From: Octopus bimaculoides
Lineage: Eukaryota
Length of the DNA: 54,842 nucleotides
Direction of reading: 5' to 3'
Assembly (NCBI RefSeq): GCF_001194135.2
Contig: NC_068983.1
Location: 6,840,551 to 6,895,392 of the forward strand
Shown here: positions 1-11,760 of the stretch, one piece after another
How positions within the stretch are numbered: position 1 is the first letter of the stretch
Layout of the letters: the number at the start of each line of letters is the position of its first letter
The notes under the pieces: generated by a model
What the model was told of the DNA's origin: nothing
Databases searched by the model: none
The model's input: only the letters and a program-made list of their open reading frames with translations
Made by a program: the position numbers and the translations under genes

Positions 1-143
1 ATATATATATATATATATACATATATATATACATATGTGTATGTATATATATGCATATATATATACATACATATATATATGCATATATACACGTATATAT
101 ATGCATATATATGTGTATATATATGTATGTATATATATACGTG

Positions 144-205
<62 letters not shown>
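1..205. repeat. (TA)n/(TATG)n microsatellite tract
   Basis: Visible AT-rich dinucleotide array; source of the spurious YI-repeat ORF 51..263. Confidence 0.95.
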
Positions 206-207
<2 letters not shown>

Positions 208-450
208 TAAATGACCACTCAGCCATGTACTTCGTCCAGAAGGTTACTACTTATCGTACTTGACTTTCAGACGGTCGTCGCATTTATACTTGTGATGTGT
301 ATTGTAATGCAAAAGGCGAGGGAGGATGTCAGAAGCGATTGAACAGCACGACCCCGATGTGGTTTATGACATGCTAGAAATGACAACCAAATCACGCTGA
401 AATGACACAATTTGTTGTCTTAAACAAAACACAGCTTCTTGGATAATACA

Positions 451-496
<46 letters not shown>

Positions 497-500
<4 letters not shown>

Positions 501-645
501 TTGCTCGAAATGGGGAGTAGATAGACAGCCGACAAGTGACGAAGGGTCATTCTTGTCTTTTCTCTCTCGTTATTTGCGCATTTAATTCATTTGTTTTCGT
601 ATTTCATGTTGTTTGCTATTGGTGACGTCCTGTACCCATATATGC

Positions 646-648
<3 letters not shown>
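497..648 (+). mobile_element. Dispersed repeat family F fragment (possible Penelope-like pseudo-LTR remnant)
   Basis: ttgctcgaaatggggagtagatagacagccgacaagtgacgaagggtc recurs at ~18740-18790 (ttgctcgaaatgaggggtagatgaacagccgacaactgatgaagggtc); related minus-strand pieces at ~16690-16763 and ~45365-45520. PLE assignment is inference from CTGATGAAGG and CGAAAC motifs. Confidence 0.5.
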
Positions 649-688
<40 letters not shown>

Positions 689-779
689 TGGGAGAATATA
701 CAAATAATAACAACAGACGAGGACAGGTGGTGTAAATAACAAAAGTATATATTAGTTTGACGCTCGGGAATACGGAAAG

Positions 780-816
780 TCTTTGACGTTTCGAGCTACG
801 CTCTTCAACAGAAAGA
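780..816 (-). ncRNA. Minimal type I hammerhead-like motif (PLE-type variant)
   Basis: Minus strand reads tcttt-CTGTTGA-A-GAGC-gta-GCTC-GAAAC-GTC-aaaga: 5-bp stem I, 4-bp stem II, palindromic ACGT stem III, GUC site. The core deviates from CUGAUGA at one position. Confidence 0.5.
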
Positions 817-1186
817 ATACGGAGACAAGGAGAAAAACACGGAGAAAAAAAATTGAATAGTGTTCAGTCAACGGTCAATCATATATATATATTTCGTTTT
901 TGGATTTGGTTTGCAAGATTTATTATGTGATTTCGTGTGTTGAAGCATATTCTGTTGTGTCTGGGGAGAGTCATTTTCTTATTGTGCCTTGAAATTTAAC
1001 ACACTCACCGTTAAAATTTCCACACATACACATATTTAGAGTTTGAATTACTTATCTACTTACTCTTCTATAGAGGGAACGTCTCATAAAACTTTTTTCA
1101 CTTATATTTTCAAGTAACTGTTTGTTGCCTTAGTTTTAATTTATACATAAGTAGACTCACATTCTTTATTATGATGCTCGTAATTT

Positions 1187-2021
1187 TCATAAGGATAAAT
1201 ATGAATATACGAAATTATTCTCTGCTCTTTCCTTTATCAAGTTCTCTGTAATAATAATTTTTTTGTTTATACTTTTTTCACTTAGGAGAACAGTGATATA
1301 TAATTAATTTAATTTAATCAAATTAATTTAATTATTCTACCATGAATTTGCATAAAAACGATTACTGTTTGAAACGATCGTATACATGAATTAAAATTCT
1401 TTCAAATTTTAACATTTTCTCTTCTCCATCTTTAAGAAATTTGTTGAGTTTTATGGGATACTTTTTCATAAATTCACATAACACACCTTATACAAGTATT
1501 ATTTTCATATTCGCAAACTTACGCCAGGAAGCTGCCAGCAAAATATGAAGAATCTTTATTAGAAATCACTTTTTGGAATCCTTCAAATTAAAGGGACGAA
1601 ATATAATTCAACCTTTTCACATACATATTACTATACACACACACACACAGAGTAAGGAACTACGAATATCAATATTCAAATAATTATCAATTTACCACAC
1701 ACACACACGCGCACACGCACACATTCACACACAGGTACACACACTCTTTCAAACTCCCACACACTCCCACACACTCACACACAATCAAACACATACACTT
1801 ACACACACGCTCATAATCTCGGAAACACACACAAACACACACATGCATACACACATGCACATACACTCACACATGCAATCTGTATCATGTAACATTATGT
1901 AATACTTTGTATTTCATCGTTGCCTCCATCCCATGTGTGTGTATGTGTGTGTGCTCATTCCTGATTTGTGTGTGTATATATGTTCACTATTCTTACCCCG
2001 CTGTCTGTTACTTTCTTTCAT
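1187..2021 (-). CDS. Speculative 3-exon small gene (2021-1997, 1486-1366, 1280-1187), 79 aa, unknown product
   Basis: GT-AG, phase-consistent join gives MKESNRQRGVLCEFMKKYPIKLNKFLKDGEEKMLKFERILIHVYDRFKHEKSINKKIIITENLIKERAENNFVYSYLSL*; AATAAA at 1170-1165. No homology recognised, and short plus-strand open frames with splice-like sites also exist. Confidence 0.25.
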
Positions 2022-2087
2022 CTAACACAGTAAATTTTTGCTTAATAATGCAAGATTTAACACATTATTAACACGAAACTCGTTCAA

Positions 2088-2118
2088 CCAATGGGAAACC
2101 TTGTTCTTCCGCCATTTT
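2088..2118. promoter_or_regulatory. Promoter-like motifs: CCAAT box and YY1-type CCGCCATTTT
   Basis: ccaat at 2088-2092 and ccgccatttt at 2109-2118, in a non-repetitive, relatively CpG-rich patch (~2080-2460). Confidence 0.35.
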
Positions 2119-2751
2119 GTATTTACATTTGTTATTATTTTGTTCCGCTTTGGCTGTCGCTCGACGAAGTGTGGACTCGAGAGTGACGGCTAACGATTTT
2201 TAGCCAAATAAATTAATTATATTCGACTACTTGTATAGTACTCCGTTGATGATTTTGCATTATGAGCAGCAGAATTCAGAGAAACACCACCTGTGTGAAA
2301 GGAGGAAGAAAGACTAGACCGAGAATGAACAAAAGCGAAAGTTACAGAGGTCGGCCAACGAGCAGAGGAAATCGTTATGTTGTCTGAAGACTTGACAGTG
2401 TTCTTTGTAATGTGGTAACGCTGCAACAGATGTCGAATGCAAAATCGGAAAAGCGACAGAAAATATTTCAGAAAAATATGAACATATTGGAGGCTACACC
2501 AACATCAAGATTCGCCTAAGTACTTAACTTTAAAAAAAGTATTAGGGTTGATCTGTTCGACTAAACCCTTCGAGGCGATTCCCCAGTATGACCACAGTCC
2601 AATGGCTGAAATAAGTATGTGTGTGTGTATGTGTGTGTACGCGTATGTATGTTGTATCTCTCTCTCTTACTATATATATANNNNNNNNNNNNNNNNNNNN
2701 NNNNNNNNNNNNNNNNNNNNNNNNNNNNNNNNNNTATATATACATACATAC

Positions 2752-2783
<32 letters not shown>

Positions 2784-3672
2784 GTGCATGCTTGCATGTA
2801 TACAAACGAAAGAAAAGGACACTCGCTACATTTAGTAGGAGTTACTTGTGTTATTTAAAACAAGTGGATTCGGTCTCATGCGGCTTCAAGTTTCGCAGGC
2901 CCTATCAGGATCCCGACTCCTTAAGACGTTTATATATTTAAAACTGATGTTACATGAAAATTGGTCATAAGAAGGAAGGAATTAAATAGGTATTCAGAAA
3001 AACTTCCTTACAGCCGTTTCAAGAACAGATGCATAGATGGTGCATGGTGTGCAAAACAAGCGGTAGCAATTGATATATTAGCGATCTGTTCTATCTTCGG
3101 GTAGAGAAAGGGAGCTGTTTTAGAAGTCATTGGTTTACGACTAGTATTGTATAGAGGGATGCTAAAGTAAGAAGAAACAGAAAGAAAAAGGTCATACTAA
3201 AATGAACATAGAAGCTAACAATCGTGTCAGTGGAAAGATATATAAATTACAAGTTAGATGCAGATATTTAAAGAGGATTAACTTGTATTAATCTGGGTAG
3301 GGACTAGTTGGTTTTGTGTGTGTGGAAGCCATATGTAATTGACTATATGGAAGCCATATGATCTCCATAGCGAACTGAATTGCTTGTTTTTAATAATATG
3401 CTCAAGAACATTGCCACAAGACTTCTAAGTGTGTAAATTAAGAAACATTACTTTTTGTCTCTCAATACCTGTCAAACTCTGGCGTCAAAGATGATTGGTT
3501 GGAAAATGTGCCAGTAGCCGTTATAATCGGATGTGGTCAAAACCGTTTTCGATCAGCTACCAAGTATAGTAATTTCATTCGCTAGAGACAATTATCTTTG
3601 GTCGACATTATTATATAAAGTAATATTATTCATCAATGTTTTTGACTTAAACATACTAAGTTCGAATTCAGA

Positions 3673-3826
3673 GAATGCTATTTACTACAAAGGTGAAGCT
3701 GAAAAAAATTAATTCAAATATCTCCGAAAATACTTTATTATTATTCACCAGCGGTTTTGGGAATGCTATTTGCTACAAAGGTAAAGTTTTTAAAAACTGT
3801 TCAAATATCTCCCAAAATACTTTACT
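3673..3826 (+). repeat. Diverged tandem duplication, ~67 bp units with 88 bp period
   Basis: gaatgctatttactacaaaggtgaag...ttcaaatatctccgaaaatacttta (3673) versus gaatgctatttgctacaaaggtaaag...ttcaaatatctcccaaaatacttta (3761). Confidence 0.85.
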
Positions 3827-4062
3827 TAATGACTTAAAGCACTTGTACAATTCTAGTGAGTTGCATGTCTCTTCAGACAAAAAGGAAAACATTTATGAAA
3901 TTTATAAGAATTTGCATACATCACCAATGCCCCGAAACGTAGTCTAACCTTTCACTTGTCATTTACTTAGTATGACGCATCACCTTTCTCTAACTACAAT
4001 TTAATAGTTTTCGAAATTCTTTTTGAAGTACAAGCAATATCTCTTATTGGATGTAATGTACA

Positions 4063-4615
4063 TTGGCAAGCTGGCAGATTTTTTGGCACACCGGACAAGG
4101 TGCATAGCAGCATTTCTTCCGGTTCTTTACGTTTTCCCAGTCACATGGTTCCGGGTTTAATTCCGCTGCTCAACACCTTGGGAAAGTACCTTTTACTCTA
4201 GCCTTGCGAGTGAATTTGTTAGATGGAAACTGAAAGAAGCCCGTCGTATATATATGTATGTGTGCGTGAATGTCTGTGTGTGCTTGTGTATGTGTGTGTG
4301 TGTGTTCCTACTCCCACCACTTGACAACCGCCGTTGTTGTGTTTACGTCCCCGTAACCTAGCGGTTCAGTAAAAGCTTCCGATAGCACAAGTATCAGGCT
4401 TTGAAAAATAAGTACTGGGGTCAATTCATTCAACTAAAAATTCTTCAAGGCACTGCCCCAGCATGGCCGCAGTGTAATGACTGAAACTAATAAAAGATAA
4501 AAGACAAAACCATAGCGCCGTGGTCGACTTTGCTTTTCATCCTTTTGGAGTCGGTAAAAATAGGTAGTAGTTGAACTCTGTTCCCTCCCCTCAAAGTTGC
4601 TGGCCCTGTGCCAAA
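4063..4615 (+). mobile_element. SINE family B copy interrupted by a SINE family A copy (~4139-4505)
   Basis: B head ggcaagctggcaga... at 4066; A body (ggaaactgaaagaagcccgtcg ... cagcatggccgcagt); B resumes at ~4515 with gtcgactttgcttttcatcc. Confidence 0.75.
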
Positions 4616-5424
4616 AAAATTAGAAAAAAAAATAATGTAAAAGCTCGAATCCAGCTAAAGTTTAATATTTTGCAATTCATCTTCCAAAAAGAGGCTTTTC
4701 CTTTTCCATCGTCTGTATTAGTTTTCCTCATAAAGAATGGCATAAACATTCAGATTCATTTAAAGTTCCATTTTGTTCTTTCATTTATTTACTTATTTTT
4801 TATTTTTGGTCCTATACAAGCACGCGTTTCGATATCTTTATATCTCATCAGTTCATCTTATGCGGAAAAATTCAAGTCAAAGTTATGTATCAACGTACGT
4901 ACATAGGGAATTTGAAATGAAACAGAGGTATGTTCAGAGATATTCATCGTTCACTAAGCTTGACATGTTTAGCAAAATTTTTAATGTCTTTTACCAGGGA
5001 ACTGCATTCAAACAGTTGACGTTTCGTCTCGTAAGGATGAAAAGAATATCGATTATGTAATCAAGTCTTATCTCAAATCTAATGTAGTTAGACCCTCCCG
5101 CTGCGTATTAGATTGAAGATTAATGCAGAGTAAAGAGATCTATAGAAATATTACATTCTATAAACGCTTTTATCCCTAAATAAGTCTTCATTAACGATAT
5201 GTCTCAAACCGAATTCATGTATAAATACCAGCCTATTCTACATTAGGTTTAAAAGTCCTTGGCCTGTGGATAAGGAACCATGCATCTTTGTAATCCAGAT
5301 AGACTTACTACCAGAATTATACTAAAGCAGTCCCCGACTTTCTTCCTTAAAATTAAACGCTTTAATCCATAGCTTTTAACCTAATGTATTACAAACTGTT
5401 CTTTGTAGCTGAATTCACCTCGAA

Positions 5425-5803
5425 GTTGTTGTTATTGACACTCCGTCGCTTACGACGTCAAGGGTTCCAGTTGATCCGATCAACGGAACAGTCTGCTCGT
5501 GAAATTAACGTGCAAGTGACTGAGCACTCCACAGACACGTGTACCCTTAACGTAGTTCTCGGGGATATTCAGCGTGACACAGTGTGACAAGGCTGGCCCT
5601 TTGAATTACAGGCACAACAGAAAGAGGAAGAAGAGTGAAAGAAAGTTGTGGTGAAATGAAAGAGTACAGCAGGGTTCGCCACCATCCCCTGCCGGAGCCT
5701 CGTGGAGCTTTAGGTGTTTTCGCTCAATAAACACACACAACGCCCGGTCTGGGAGTCGAAACCACGATCGTCCGACCGCAAATCCGCTGCCTTAACCAAT
5801 GGG
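5425..5803 (-). mobile_element. tRNA-derived SINE family C, tail type 1 (C1), 5' end slightly truncated
   Basis: Near-identical to the copies at 23656-24044 and 47184-47568; (CAA)n-type tail. Confidence 0.9.
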
Positions 5804-6002
5804 ATTAATCGTTAATAACAACATTAAAAAGTAAATCATATCTTACTTGTGTCAGTCTCTAGACTGCGACCAAGCGGGAGCACGGCATTGAGGGGTTTAT
5901 TCAAACAATTCGATCCAATTTTTATTTTTTAAAGTCTGGTACATATTCTATAGACCCTTTTGCCGAACCGCTTAGTTACGGAGAGTTAAACAAGCCGACA
6001 TC

Positions 6003-6235
6003 AATTGAAGTCTCCTTCAAAGTAAGATCTCACTTCAATGCACTTCTTGTAGCGTTCCAGCCACTTCGTGAATGACCCTTAAAACTCCTCCAAAGTGAAG
6101 GTGTCTAAGATCCTTGTGACAGCCTCCATCTTTTAAATAAATGTCTTCAAGACAACTGCCCCACGAAGTTCTCCTTCGGCTTGGGAAACAACCAGAAGTC
6201 ACAGGGAGCAAGATCTCTACTGCAGAAAAGTCGAG
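6003..6235 (-). mobile_element. Mariner transposase C-terminal relic
   Basis: Minus translation SRDLAPCDFWLFPKPKE (YSPDLAPxD motif) and FTKWLERYKKCIEVRSYFEGD; frameshifted, with a stop. Confidence 0.85.
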
Positions 6236-6809
6236 GTACATATTTGCTGCCCATCTCAGTCAAGTTGTTGGTTACCAAAAGACAGAATTTTGACAAGCAG
6301 CGTTTACGAGGCTGTGACAACCAGTATTTAATAAGGTATTTCTTTTACTTGATTCAGTTATTTGACTGCGGCCATGCTGGTGCTATCACAACTGCCTCCT
6401 TCAATTTGGAATAGAAATAAAAAAATAAAAAGTTAGCAGGCCGGCTTATTAGGTATAGTAACAATATATTAAAATTGCAATAATCTAGGATTGTCACAAC
6501 TGCCTATCCTAAAAGAGTTTCAAAACTCTGGAATGCACTTCGTATCACCATTACAAATAATCTATCAAGACCGTAACTCTATTCATGTTATGTTACGACG
6601 ACAGCAAATAGCGCTGATTCATTTCGCGATGCATTTTTAGAGTTTTATCTTAGAATACTAACCGAAATATCATTGTGTTTAGTTATAACTGAACTTAAAG
6701 TTTCACGCCATGTTTTACATTGAATAATAAAGTAATTACTTCTATCTCAAACGAATAAAAATAAAGTATTACGTTCTATTAAATCGTAGGAAGAGAGACA
6801 TTATCTTGT

Positions 6810-7025
6810 TCTTTACTCTTTACTCTTTTACTTGTTTCAGTCATTTGACTGCGGCCATGCTGGAGCACCACCTTTTTAGTTGAGCAAATCGACCCCAGGA
6901 CTTATTCTTTGCAAGCCTAGTACTTATTATATCGGTCTCTTTTGCCGAACCGCTAAGTTACGGGGACGTAAACACACCAGCATCGGTTGTCAAGCGATGT
7001 TGGTGGGACAAACACCGACACACAA

Positions 7026-7056
<31 letters not shown>

Positions 7057-7334
7057 NNNNNNNNNNNNNNNNNNNNNNNNNNNNNNNNNNNNNNNNNNNN
7101 NNNNNNNNNNNNNNNNNNNNNNNNNNNNNNNNNNNNNNNNNNNNNNNNNNNNNNNNNNNNNNNNNNNNNNNNNTATATACACATATAAACGATGGGCTTT
7201 CAGTTTCCGTCTACCAAATCCATTCACAAGGCTTTGGTCGGCCCGAGGCTATAGTAGAAGACACTTGCCCAAGGTGCCACGCAATGGGACTGAACCCGGA
7301 ACCACATGGTTCGTAAGCAAGCTACTTACCACAC
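6810..7334 (-). mobile_element. tRNA-derived SINE family A, near full length with gapped internal microsatellite
   Basis: Matches the intact copy 30674-31085 in reverse; (TTTAC)-type tail at ~6810-6830. Resembles the octopus OK/OR SINEs (exact name unverified). Confidence 0.92.
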
Positions 7335-7499
7335 GCAAAGGAGTGAGAGTGGAAGGTTGACCTAGACCTAGCCCTCTGCAAAAAGGTGAAGCTGTTGGAG
7401 GGGGAGGAGTGTCCATGTTTTGTAGTTTTCTATAGGACCCGGATGCACAGGGACAATGAACAAACACTTTCCAGAAATGACGCAACTTAGCGGTTCTTT

Positions 7500-8155
7500 T
7501 GCAACAAAAAGCAAAAAAAAAACCCAAAAGATTTGTGTTCCTTGAAACGGCTTTCTTGGGTGTAACTCTGCAAAAATGCGAAAACGTGACGTTTCACAGT
7601 ATTTCGTAGATCTATCGCAAGTTGAATAAAGAATATTAACCAAAAATAGTTTTAAACCAGTGTTGAGTCATCTGTCCTGTTCATGTGAGATTTGAACGAA
7701 TTCGCTCAAAAATGAGGGATTTAAGGGCAAAAACAAAAAACCCTGGTTTTCTACTCAGTTTTTCGCAATTGTTGTTCATACAGGGATGAATTCTGTGCAT
7801 ATCAGAGTGTCTTAACGTTATCCTTAGGATGAGTAAATACTGTGTAAAGTTTGAACGCAATCCATCGAAGCAGTGAGACGTTTTTGAATATTTGTGTCGC
7901 CCAGGGATGCCTTTGGACATAGAACAAATACTTGATAGAGCCACCATTACATGATGGTGTTTTAGCCATAAAAACCAAGGAAGTCGGACTTTCCAGTTAA
8001 AAAGTTTTCTATCGTTTGTAACTTGGCAAAAATGCGAAAAAGCGATTTTTTTCAGTTTTCCGTAATTTTCTTGGGAATCAGAAGCTCCAAGGCAGTGCCA
8101 AAATATTTGTCTGAAATGTCGCAACAAGGATGGGAGGAGAGACACAAAGACAGCG

Positions 8156-8192
<37 letters not shown>

Positions 8193-8488
8193 GAGAGAGG
8201 AAAAGAAGGGGAGAGGGATGGAATTTTATACGAGGCAGTGAAAGAAAATTATAAAAATCGGACGTTCCTGTAAAAAGTTTTCTCGCGTGTAACCTTTGCC
8301 TATTTTTTTTTTGCAAAAATTGGGGGTGGATGGTTCTCTTCAGTTTTGTCGATTTTTTCTCCTAGAAGCGGGTATCTCTAGGCATCAGTATTGCCATTTA
8401 ATAAAAGATTTCATCAAAATCGGATGAAAGATGTGGAAACGCATAAAAAGAACACACACACACATTTTTGAGTTTTATAGATATAGAT
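7500..8488 (+). mobile_element. Unclassified non-autonomous element, possibly Helitron/Helentron-associated
   Basis: Recurrent tttgaacgaattcg, aagtttgaacgcaatcc and tttcatcaaaatcgg motifs; ends acacacacac-atttttgagttttatagatatagat, a 3' end style seen in Helitron-like non-autonomous elements. The left boundary is uncertain. Confidence 0.35.
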
Positions 8489-8495
8489 ATATAAA

Positions 8496-8877
8496 TGGCT
8501 GTGTGGTAAGAAGCTTGCATTTCAATCACATGGTTCCGGGCTCAGTCCCGCTGCATGGAACCTTGGGCACGTGTCTTCTATTATAGCCTCGGGCCGACCA
8601 AAGCCTTGTGTGCAGATTTGGTGGGCGGTAACTCAAAGAAGCCCGTCGTGTATATATATATAATATATATGTGTGTGTCTCCTCATCACCTCTTAACAAC
8701 CGGTATTGGTGTGTTTACGTCCCCGTAACGTAGCGGTTCACCAAAATAGACCAATAAAATAAGAACTAAGCCTAAAAGATAAGTCCTGGGGTTGAGTTGT
8801 CCGACAAAAATCCCTTAAAGGCGATGCTCCAGCATGGCCGCAGTCAAATGACTGAAACAAGTAAAAGAATAAAAGAA
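8496..8877 (+). mobile_element. SINE family A copy
   Basis: tggctgtgtggtaag head; cagcatggccgcagtcaaatgactgaaacaagtaaaag tail. Confidence 0.9.
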
Positions 8878-9333
8878 CAAAAAAGTATACATATATGTAT
8901 GTATATATATACATATATATCTATGTGTGTGTGTATGTATGTATGTATGTACACACACACATATGCGTGTATAAAACGTGTCTGTACGTATGCATACATA
9001 CACGTTTGTATATTATGTAACAAGGGATTGATTGGATGAAAAGAAAGAGGGAGAGAAGCGAGAGAAGAAAACGGAGAAAGAAAGAGTGAGATGGTTGAAG
9101 AATTTTCAAGGAGGAAGAGGAAGGAGAAGAAGAAGAAGAAGAGAAGGAAAGGCAGGATTGGGCGGGTGGAATGAATGAGTGTATAATAGTGAAAAATATA
9201 AAGAGGTAAAGAGACGAAAAACTAGGTGAAGAAAGAGGTGGAGAGAGGAGAGAGGTAGTGAGAAAGGAGAGGGAGAGAGGGGAAGATGAGGAGGAGAGGG
9301 AGAGAGGATGGGAGGAGAGACACAAAGACAGCG

Positions 9334-9378
<45 letters not shown>

Positions 9379-10613
9379 GAGAGAGGAAAAGAAGGGGAGA
9401 GGGATGGAATTTTATACGAGGCAGTGAAAGAAAACTGAAAAGTACATGTAAAGAGATAGAGATAATAAAAAAAACAGAGAGAAACNNNNNNNNNNNNNNN
9501 NNNNNNNNNNNNNNNNNNNNNNNNNNNNNNNNNNNNNNNNNNNNNNNNNNNNNNNNNNNNNNNNNNNNNNNNNNNNNNNNNNNNNNNNNNNNNNNNNNNN
9601 NNNNNNNNNNNNNNNNNNNNNNNNNNNNNNNNNNNNNNNNNNNNNNNNNNNNNNNNNNNNNNNNNNNNNNNNNNNNNNNNNNNNNNNNNNNNNNNNNNNN
9701 NNNNNNNNNNNNNNNNNNNNNNNNNNNNNNNNNNNNNNNNNNNNNNNNNNNNNNNNNNNNNNNNNNNNNNNNNNNNNNNNNNNNNNNNNNNNNNNNNNNN
9801 NNNNNNNNNNNNNNNNNNNNNNNNNNNNNNNNNNNNNNNNNNNNNNNNNNNNNNNNNNNNNNNNNNNNNNNNNNNNNNNNNNNNNNNNNNNNNNNNNNNN
9901 NNNNNNNNNNNNNNNNNNNNNNNNNNNNNNNNNNNNNNNNNNNNNNNNNNNNNNNNNNNNNNNNNNNNNNNNNNNNNNNNNNNNNNNNNNNNNNNNNNNN
10001 NNNNNNNNNNNNNNNNNNNNNNNNNNNNNNNNNNNNNNNNNNNNNNNNNNNNNNNNNNNNNNNNNNNNNNNNNNNNNNNNNNNNNNNNNNNNNNNNNNNN
10101 NNNNNNNNNNNNNNNNNNNNNNNNNNNNNNNNNNNNNNNNNNNNNNNNNNNNNNNNNNNNNNNNNNNNNNNNNNNNNNNNNNNNNNNNNNNNNNNNNNNN
10201 NNNNNNNNNNNNNNNNNNNNNNNNNNNNNNNNNNNNNNNNNNNNNNNNNNNNNNNNNNNNNNNNNNNNNNNNNNNNNNNNNNNNNNNNNNNNNNNNNNNN
10301 NNNNNNNNNNNNNNNNNNNNNNNNNNNNNNNNNNNNNNNNNNNNNNNNNNNNNNNNNNNNNNNNNNNNNNNNNNNNNNNNNNNNNNNNNNNNNNNNNNNN
10401 NNNNNNNNNNNNNNNNNNNNNNNNNNNNNNNNNNNNNNNNNNNNNNNNNGTGTGTGTGTGTGTGTGTGTGCATGCATATATGTATGTATGAGTATGTGTA
10501 TGTATGTATGTATGTATGTATGTATGTATGTATGTATGTATGTATGTATGTATGTATAGCAGTATGTGTATATGTATGCATAATCGTTATTTAGCGTCCA
10601 TAAGAGGATGATA

Positions 10614-11555
10614 TACTGAGCTGAGTCAAAAGTTTTGCAATATTTCCATTCGTGCTAATTTGCGAGGTGTACATCACGTGATTGAAGCAGTTCAAGACGC
10701 GGAAGGAACCCGTTGAGGTTGATAGTATCGTGGTAATTGGTGCGCAGACATGTTCTGCAATGCTACACTCCGTATGTGTTTTGAAAGCTGCACAGACAAA
10801 CGTGCAACGCTGTATAATTCAGGAACTTATGCTTTACGAGTTTGAACCGAACCACAGCGCCACGGAAGCAACCACAGCGCCACGGAAGCAACCACAGCTC
10901 CACGGAAGCAACCAAAAACATTTGTTGCGCAAAAGTTGATTAAATACAGCAATCAAATGAAACGAAATTTTGCTCGGGTCGGAAGAACCTCAAACATGGA
11001 AGCCTATAACCTTGGATTCCGAGGCCGTATTCTAAGCCATAAAAGCAAATCCTGCGAGTAGCACTCAGAAAGATCCAAGCAAACAAAGCATCGCACGGTT
11101 GTATGCTATTTTGCGGCAAAAAACACCAGGCATTTGTTAACGAAAAGGGAGCTCTTCTGCAGTAAGACAACACTAGACCTCATACTGCTCGAACGACCCG
11201 GAACAAACTCAAGGAACGTGAGAGAATCGAACTGATGCCGCAACCGATATATAGTCTGGACCTAGCTCCCTCCGATTATTACTTGTTTCGAACCATGGTT
11301 CTCTTCTCGAGCTCACAATTCTTCATCAACCAAGTGGAGGTGGACGCTTCAGTGAAGGAGTCATTATTCTCCTCGAAGGGCAAGAACTGACATCAGCGTG
11401 GTATATAAAAAATAAAAAAAAACTGGCAGAAAAGTGGTTTCAGACGACGCAACACGATGGCCTCTACTTTGAATGCTAGGCTATTTCTGTTGTGACTTGA
11501 CGAATAAAACAAATAGGTTACCAAAATACTGCAAAACATTTGACTCAACACAATA
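10614..11555 (+). mobile_element. Internally deleted mariner element with both TIRs
   Basis: TIRs tactgagctgagtcaaaagttttgcaatattt and revcomp tattgtgttgagtcaaatgttttgcagtattt (27/32 by hand). N-terminal IQELMLYEFEPNHSATEAT; C-terminal DNTRPHTART...YSLDLAPSDYYLFR...DGLYFE. The middle of the catalytic region is missing. Confidence 0.9.
10851..10913 (+). repeat. 20-bp tandem triplication inside the mariner relic
   Basis: accacagcgccacggaagca x2, then accacagctccacggaagca. Confidence 0.95.
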
Positions 11556-11760
11556 TGTGTGTGTGTGTGTGTGTGTGGGGGGGTGTATGTGTGTGCGTGT
11601 GTGTACAAATACTTACAGCTATATACATACATACACACATACACATATACATATATACACATACATTCACACATGCATACATATATGCATACATGCATAC
11701 AGGTGTGTGTGTGTGTGTGTGTGTGTGATTAAAAGATACACACACGCACACACACATATG

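Noticed and set aside
1063-1522. Apparent 32-36 nt introns suggesting DNA from a short-intron parasite
   Set aside because: The flanks carry host-type repeats and microsatellites, and the joins across these gaps do not give a consistent frame.
4650-4745. Minus-strand peptide MPFFMRKTNTDDGKGKASFWKMN resembling a forkhead wing (FoxM/FoxO-like)
   Set aside because: An in-frame stop lies just upstream, there is no acceptor, and no HNLS helix-3 motif is present; most likely chance.
4820-5030. Plus-strand mini-exons (donors gtacgt, gtatgt, gtaagg; acceptor tttaccag)
   Set aside because: Three mutually incompatible readings, none recognisable; cannot be supported without transcripts.
7681-8316. 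211-aa minus-strand ORF
   Set aside because: Crosses an (AG)n tract and a repeat element, and has no domain-like motifs.
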